Shown here piece by piece: positions 45,102 through 49,241 of a stretch of DNA of 49,241 bases. Location: NCBI GenBank assembly GCA_039208735.1, contig JBCCQY010000055.1, positions 1 to 49,241 on the forward strand. Direction: 5' to 3'. The stretch is from Myxococcota bacterium. GTDB taxonomy: Bacteria > Myxococcota_A > UBA796 > GCA-2862545. Below the pieces are notes generated by a model. The model did not search any database and had not been told where the DNA came from. It saw only the letters and a list, made by a program, of their open reading frames with translations. The number at the start of each line of letters is the position of its first letter. Position 1 is the stretch's first letter. The translations under genes were made by a program, and so were the position numbers.

Positions 45102-48100
45102 GGGGCCACCAGCGGGAAGTCCTGCCCCTCAGCCGCCTGAACGACCTCCTGCCGCTGCGAGCGGTAGGTTTCGGTCAGCTGAGGAACGACGTCCGAAACG
45201 TACTGAATGAGCGTATTGACGGTCACGTTACCGTCGCGGTCGACGTGAGCTTCGGGGGCGCGCTCGGCGCCCAGCCCGGCCAGGATGGCGAAGGTCAGCA
45301 CACCATGGCCCAATTCCGGAATCTCGTGGGCCACCTGGGCTTCCGTGGAAGCCGCGATGAGAAAGGCCCCGGTACTTCGAGCCAGCCGGTGCTGGGCTCG
45401 GACCAACCCCGGTGACGATCGTCGGCCGACCATCGAGGCCAAGGCATCGCTCGCGGCGCCCGAGTGGCAGGCATCGAGAATCACGAGCTGCTTTGCGGCC
45501 GGGACCTGGGCGAGCCGATCCCCAAGCTCAGTCTGCGAAAACCCAGTGGCGGCAATGGCCGAACTGCTGTTGACGTCGGCGTCCCATGGCAGGAAGTGGA
45601 ACACCTCTCCGTTGAGCACGCCATGGCCGGCCATGTAGAGAAGGAAGGCATCGCGTGGAGCCGCCGTTTTGGCGATGGTCTCGAACGCCTCTCGGATCGA
45701 TGCGAGGGAGGCCTCTTCGTCCAGCAAGACGTGGGGAATCACCTCGCCAAAGAGCCCTGGCTCGAAGAATTGACCGATGGCATCGGCGTCGTCGCGGGCG
45801 AAGTCGAGATCAAGGTTGCGGTTGCGGTAGGTGTCAATGCCGACCGCCAACACGTGGAGGTTTGGCGGGATGGTGGCGGGAGCGGTCCACTCCACCACCA
45901 CTTCGGAGCCAAGGGCCTCCCAGTTTCCTTCTGCGTTGAAGGCGGTCGCCCGCAGGTGGTTGCGGCCTTCTTGGAGGTTCACCAGGAAGCTGTAGCGACG
46001 GCCCGTGACCCCACCCGCTCGAGCCATGCCAAGTCCTCGGTTACCGCTGCGCGAGACTCGGTGCCCATTGACGTACAAGCGAGGTTCGGTGGCACCTCCG
46101 CCCTGGTCCGCCACCGCGATTTCGACCTTGACGGAGCCCTCGGAAAGCTGGGTTCCCGCTTTGGGGCTCAAGATCGTGACGAGCGGGGGCGGTGACAGAT
46201 CGGCGATGTCGCGCTCCGCCCGGGGGCGTTGGCCCTTGGCGATCGCAGTGAGGAGTCCGGGTTCGTAAAAGCCTCGGTGAAAGCGCGAAGGTGGGTGAAG
46301 GGTCTCGCCGATGCGCCACCGGAACAAGTTGCGTTGCCCTTCGAGGGAACCATCGAACAAGCCATCGGGGGTCCAGGCCAACCAATCGTCATCGAGCGAC
46401 ACCAGACTCGCCACCAGGGCACCGGTGTCGAGATCCCAGAACTGGACCAGTCCATCGGAGCTGCCGGTGACCAAGAGCCGGCCCGGGGCAAACGCAATCG
46501 CGGTGGTGCCAAAGGTGTCGATCACGAGCGTCGCCCGGCCCGTGGACAAGTCCCACACCTTGGCCGGCGCGCCTTGGGTGGCCGCGGCGAGGAGCGGTTC
46601 GGTGGGGTGGTAGGCGATCCCGGATACGCGGTTGTTGCCAAGGAACGTCTCGGTGGCCCCTGTAAGCACGCCCAGGGGCTTCGCGGGGCGGCGCTGGAAC
46701 TTGAGCCCGTCGGCCTTGTAGAGATCGATGGCGCCCGAGATGCGGCCTACCGCAACTTGGGTGGCGTCGGGGGAGCATCGGGTGATGGAGCCCCCACGAC
46801 GGCGACGACTTTGCCGTTCGCCCGTCTCGGTCTCGTGGAGGGCGAATCCTCGGTTGCTGTGGAGGAGTAAGCTTCCTTCTGGGCCGCACGGTTGGGCGCT
46901 GTAGACGGTCCGGGCGCCCGTCGCCCAACGACCGGCTGACGCGGGCTCGACGAAGCGGTCGGTGGCGGTGATGGTTTGCGCTTCATCAAGGACCGCGACG
47001 TCACGGATGGCAGCCTCGAAGGGTTGACGATCGAAGTCACCGTACAAGGCATTCCATGCGTACAGTCCGCCATCGTCGGTGCCCCCAAGCACGTGGAGGC
47101 CTTCGTACTCGGCGTCGATGTCGACCAGGCCTACCGCCGAAACGGCGTCCCCTGTGCTCTGGGTACGGTACCGTTGCACCATCTGACCGTCCCCAAGGTC
47201 CCACAGGGCGACGCCCGCTTCGCCCGCCACCACCAAGGCGCCTCGATCCTCGTCGACGAGCAAGCTCCGCACTCCGGCGGCTTGGCCTGGCAGTCGACCC
47301 CGTTCGGCTCCGATGTCGGGGTCCCACAACACCATCGTGCCGTCTTCATGGCCCGAGACCAGGGATGTCCCGTCGATCGTCCAAGCGATGGAGGTGGCGG
47401 ATGCCGCGCCCTTCAACGTAAGCGCCTCGTACTGGGCGGAACCTTGGGCCGGTGTCCACACCGTGATGTCGTTGGCGGCCACGGCGATGCGGCCATTGGA
47501 GCCAGCGGCGACGCGGGTCACGGCGTAGCCCGTGCTCGTTAGCGTCGATTGCGGAACGCCGTCGTCGAGGTTGATGATGTGGGTCGAACCGTCCGCGAGT
47601 CCGACCGCGACGCGTCCTTCGTCCAGCATCGAGAGGTCGCGAATCGCGGGACCCGGACTGAGGAGTCGGCGCTGATAGGTGAACTTGCTGGAGGCTCCGC
47701 GGTGCCAGACGGACAGCTCGCCGTTGTCCCCGGCCGAGATCAGTCGCTGGGCGTCGTCGGTCCACGCCCGCCCTTCGGTGACGGCGGGCCCGATTTTGCC
47801 AGGAGATTCGCCGATTCGGAAGCGTGCTTGACGCTGCCCTGTCTTCGCATCCATCACGATCACGCGGCCCCGCGTCGTGCCCACGGCGATCACGTCCTCA
47901 TGGACGGCGAGTGCGGTCAGCTTGTCGAGCTTGGACACGGGGTGTGCCCAGCGCAGATCGCCATCGATGGTGCGCCACGCCCGCAACACGCCATCTCGCC
48001 CCCCCACGACGAGCGTTTCGCCATCGGGGGAGAAGGCCAGCCGGTAGACGCCGCGCCGGCCTGACAGGAATCGCAGCCGGATCTCCTGACGATCGATGTC

Positions 48101-49054
48101 GATGATCTGCACCACGCCGGTGGCGTCGCCCGAGGCCAGCCAGGGTCTTGCGGGATGCCACGCCATGGCCGTGACCGCATCGCCGTGGCCCGCTTGGGGC
48201 ACCACTTCAGGGCGTTGGGTTGGGGCCTTGCCAATGCCGGACAGTGCGAATCGGTCCTCGGTCGTGCGGTCGACCACCACCTCGGTGGGGGCGCTTTGCG
48301 TCAGTCGCAGCTCGGTGCCCGCCACCCGGCCGTCGCCACCCCGCAAGGCGCGGAGGAGGGCATCGGTAAAGGCGCCGTGGGGCGCACGGCTCGCTTCGGG
48401 CGCCACCACCGTGGGGGGCGCGGCCAGCCACACCACACGTTGGTCGGCGGACACCAACGCGCCATCGACGAGTCGTTCGATGGGCAAACGGCTCGATCGG
48501 TAGAGTTGACCGCGTCCCGCAAACGACGTATCGAGCCACCACACCGGGGTGGCCCGGAGGGCTGACAGCGTGGCTCCCAGACGGTTCAGGTCAACGCCTG
48601 TGTCCGCGAGCAGGGGATCGCGGGCATCGAGTGGCAACAAGACGAGGCGGTCCTGATCGACCGCGGCTTGCCCGGAGAAGTAGATGAACACGGTGTCGCC
48701 AGGCTGAACGCGGTCGGTGAGCCACGCCTCCGTCGCCTCGAGCACGTTGGCCCGAGTGGACAAAACGGGGCCCCCTTCCTGGGCGCTCGCGAGGGTCTGC
48801 GCGCCATTGTCGAGCAGCAGTACGACGTGGTCGCGCGGGAGGCCACCCACGGTGGTGAACCAGTCGCGGATCGCTTTGGCGTCGGCGATCGCGTTGGGTA
48901 CGTCCGGGATTCGGTCGTCGGCGTAGTTCGATACGCCCACCACGATGGCATAGCGGTTCGGACCCTCTTCGGCGCTCTGGGCGAAGGCTTTCGAGCCGAA
49001 GAGGAGGATCGGGGTCAGCCCCCACAGCACGAACGCGAGCAGTCGACGAACCAC
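45098..49054 (-). CDS. Secreted protein: degenerate caspase domain, WD40 propellers, Ig-like domain, intact caspase (C14) domain
   Basis: Signal peptide ending AFA; N-terminal YAIVVGVSNY...YFSGQA...LDTSFAG; many WD40 repeats (GHGDAVTAMAW, LVTGSSDGLVQFWD); C-terminal LHVLAVGIDTY...YMAGHG...ILDACHSG...GHGVLTFAIL. Confidence 0.9.
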   Translation of the reverse strand: MVRRLLAFVLWGLTPILLFGSKAFAQSAEEGPNRYAIVVGVSNYADDRIPDVPNAIADAKAIRDWFTTVGGLPRDHVVLLLDNGAQTLASAQEGGPVLSTRANVLEATEAWLTDRVQPGDTVFIYFSGQAAVDQDRLVLLPLDARDPLLADTGVDLNRLGATLSALRATPVWWLDTSFAGRGQLYRSSRLPIERLVDGALVSADQRVVWLAAPPTVVAPEASRAPHGAFTDALLRALRGGDGRVAGTELRLTQSAPTEVVVDRTTEDRFALSGIGKAPTQRPEVVPQAGHGDAVTAMAWHPARPWLASGDATGVVQIIDIDRQEIRLRFLSGRRGVYRLAFSPDGETLVVGGRDGVLRAWRTIDGDLRWAHPVSKLDKLTALAVHEDVIAVGTTRGRVIVMDAKTGQRQARFRIGESPGKIGPAVTEGRAWTDDAQRLISAGDNGELSVWHRGASSKFTYQRRLLSPGPAIRDLSMLDEGRVAVGLADGSTHIINLDDGVPQSTLTSTGYAVTRVAAGSNGRIAVAANDITVWTPAQGSAQYEALTLKGAASATSIAWTIDGTSLVSGHEDGTMVLWDPDIGAERGRLPGQAAGVRSLLVDEDRGALVVAGEAGVALWDLGDGQMVQRYRTQSTGDAVSAVGLVDIDAEYEGLHVLGGTDDGGLYAWNALYGDFDRQPFEAAIRDVAVLDEAQTITATDRFVEPASAGRWATGARTVYSAQPCGPEGSLLLHSNRGFALHETETGERQSRRRRGGSITRCSPDATQVAVGRISGAIDLYKADGLKFQRRPAKPLGVLTGATETFLGNNRVSGIAYHPTEPLLAAATQGAPAKVWDLSTGRATLVIDTFGTTAIAFAPGRLLVTGSSDGLVQFWDLDTGALVASLVSLDDDWLAWTPDGLFDGSLEGQRNLFRWRIGETLHPPSRFHRGFYEPGLLTAIAKGQRPRAERDIADLSPPPLVTILSPKAGTQLSEGSVKVEIAVADQGGGATEPRLYVNGHRVSRSGNRGLGMARAGGVTGRRYSFLVNLQEGRNHLRATAFNAEGNWEALGSEVVVEWTAPATIPPNLHVLAVGIDTYRNRNLDLDFARDDADAIGQFFEPGLFGEVIPHVLLDEEASLASIREAFETIAKTAAPRDAFLLYMAGHGVLNGEVFHFLPWDADVNSSSAIAATGFSQTELGDRLAQVPAAKQLVILDACHSGAASDALASMVGRRSSPGLVRAQHRLARSTGAFLIAASTEAQVAHEIPELGHGVLTFAILAGLGAERAPEAHVDRDGNVTVNTLIQYVSDVVPQLTETYRSQRQEVVQAAEGQDFPLVAP

Positions 49055-49137
49055 GGAGTCCCCCGAGCGACGACCGACAGTGGCTCATCCCACCGCTCGC
49101 GTCAACCGCGCGGCCACGGGTTACAGCTCCAGGGCCT

Positions 49138-49222
49138 GGAGAGGTGACCGAGTGGTTGAAGGTGCACGACTGGAACTCGTGTGTGGGGCAACTCACCGGG
49201 GGTTCGAATCCCCCTCTCTCCG
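49138..49222 (+). tRNA. tRNA-Ser (anticodon GGA)
   Basis: Acceptor stem GGAGAGG/TCTCTCC, D-arm GACCGAGTGGTTGAAGGT, anticodon arm CACGA-CTGGAAC-TCGTG, long variable arm, T-arm GGGGG-TTCGAAT-CCCCC, discriminator G; CCA not encoded. Confidence 0.96.
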
Positions 49223-49241
49223 TCGTGTTTCGCTCCATTGG

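Noticed and set aside
48591..49238. 215-aa minus-strand ORF across the window end
   Set aside because: It is the antisense reading of tRNA-Ser plus an alternative frame of the caspase-WD40 gene.

Overview
GC-rich bacterial window. The gene content (MopE/TSP3-like Ca-binding repeat proteins, vWA lipoprotein, ECF-anti-sigma-caspase triad) suggests Myxococcota; this is an inference. Bases 1-23863 hold the 3' part of a tightly coupled + strand operon for an extracellular contractile injection system (eCIS, Afp/PVC-like). In order it encodes a tube (partial, missed by the ORF track), a chaperone-like protein, a Pro-rich protein, a DUF4255 cap, an AAA+ ATPase, split tube-initiator/LysM, split hub/spike, a PAAR-like tip, gp25, two baseplate-J proteins, a P2 gpI-like wedge, two tandem DUF6519 beta-helix fibre paralogues, and a terminal 1163-aa DUF4157 protein with a C-terminal PD-(D/E)xK-like nuclease and no adjacent immunity gene. 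The sheath gene is not in the window. The right half encodes large secreted Ca-binding repeat proteins, a REP-like repeat mosaic, an ECF sigma/zinc anti-sigma/exported caspase operon with shared R-x-K-G/R-K-G motifs, several lipoproteins and envelope genes, a pseudo-caspase-WD40-caspase protein coupled to a Sel1-like/Omp85-like protein, and tRNA-Ser(GGA). All family calls come from reading motifs by eye; no database searches were run.
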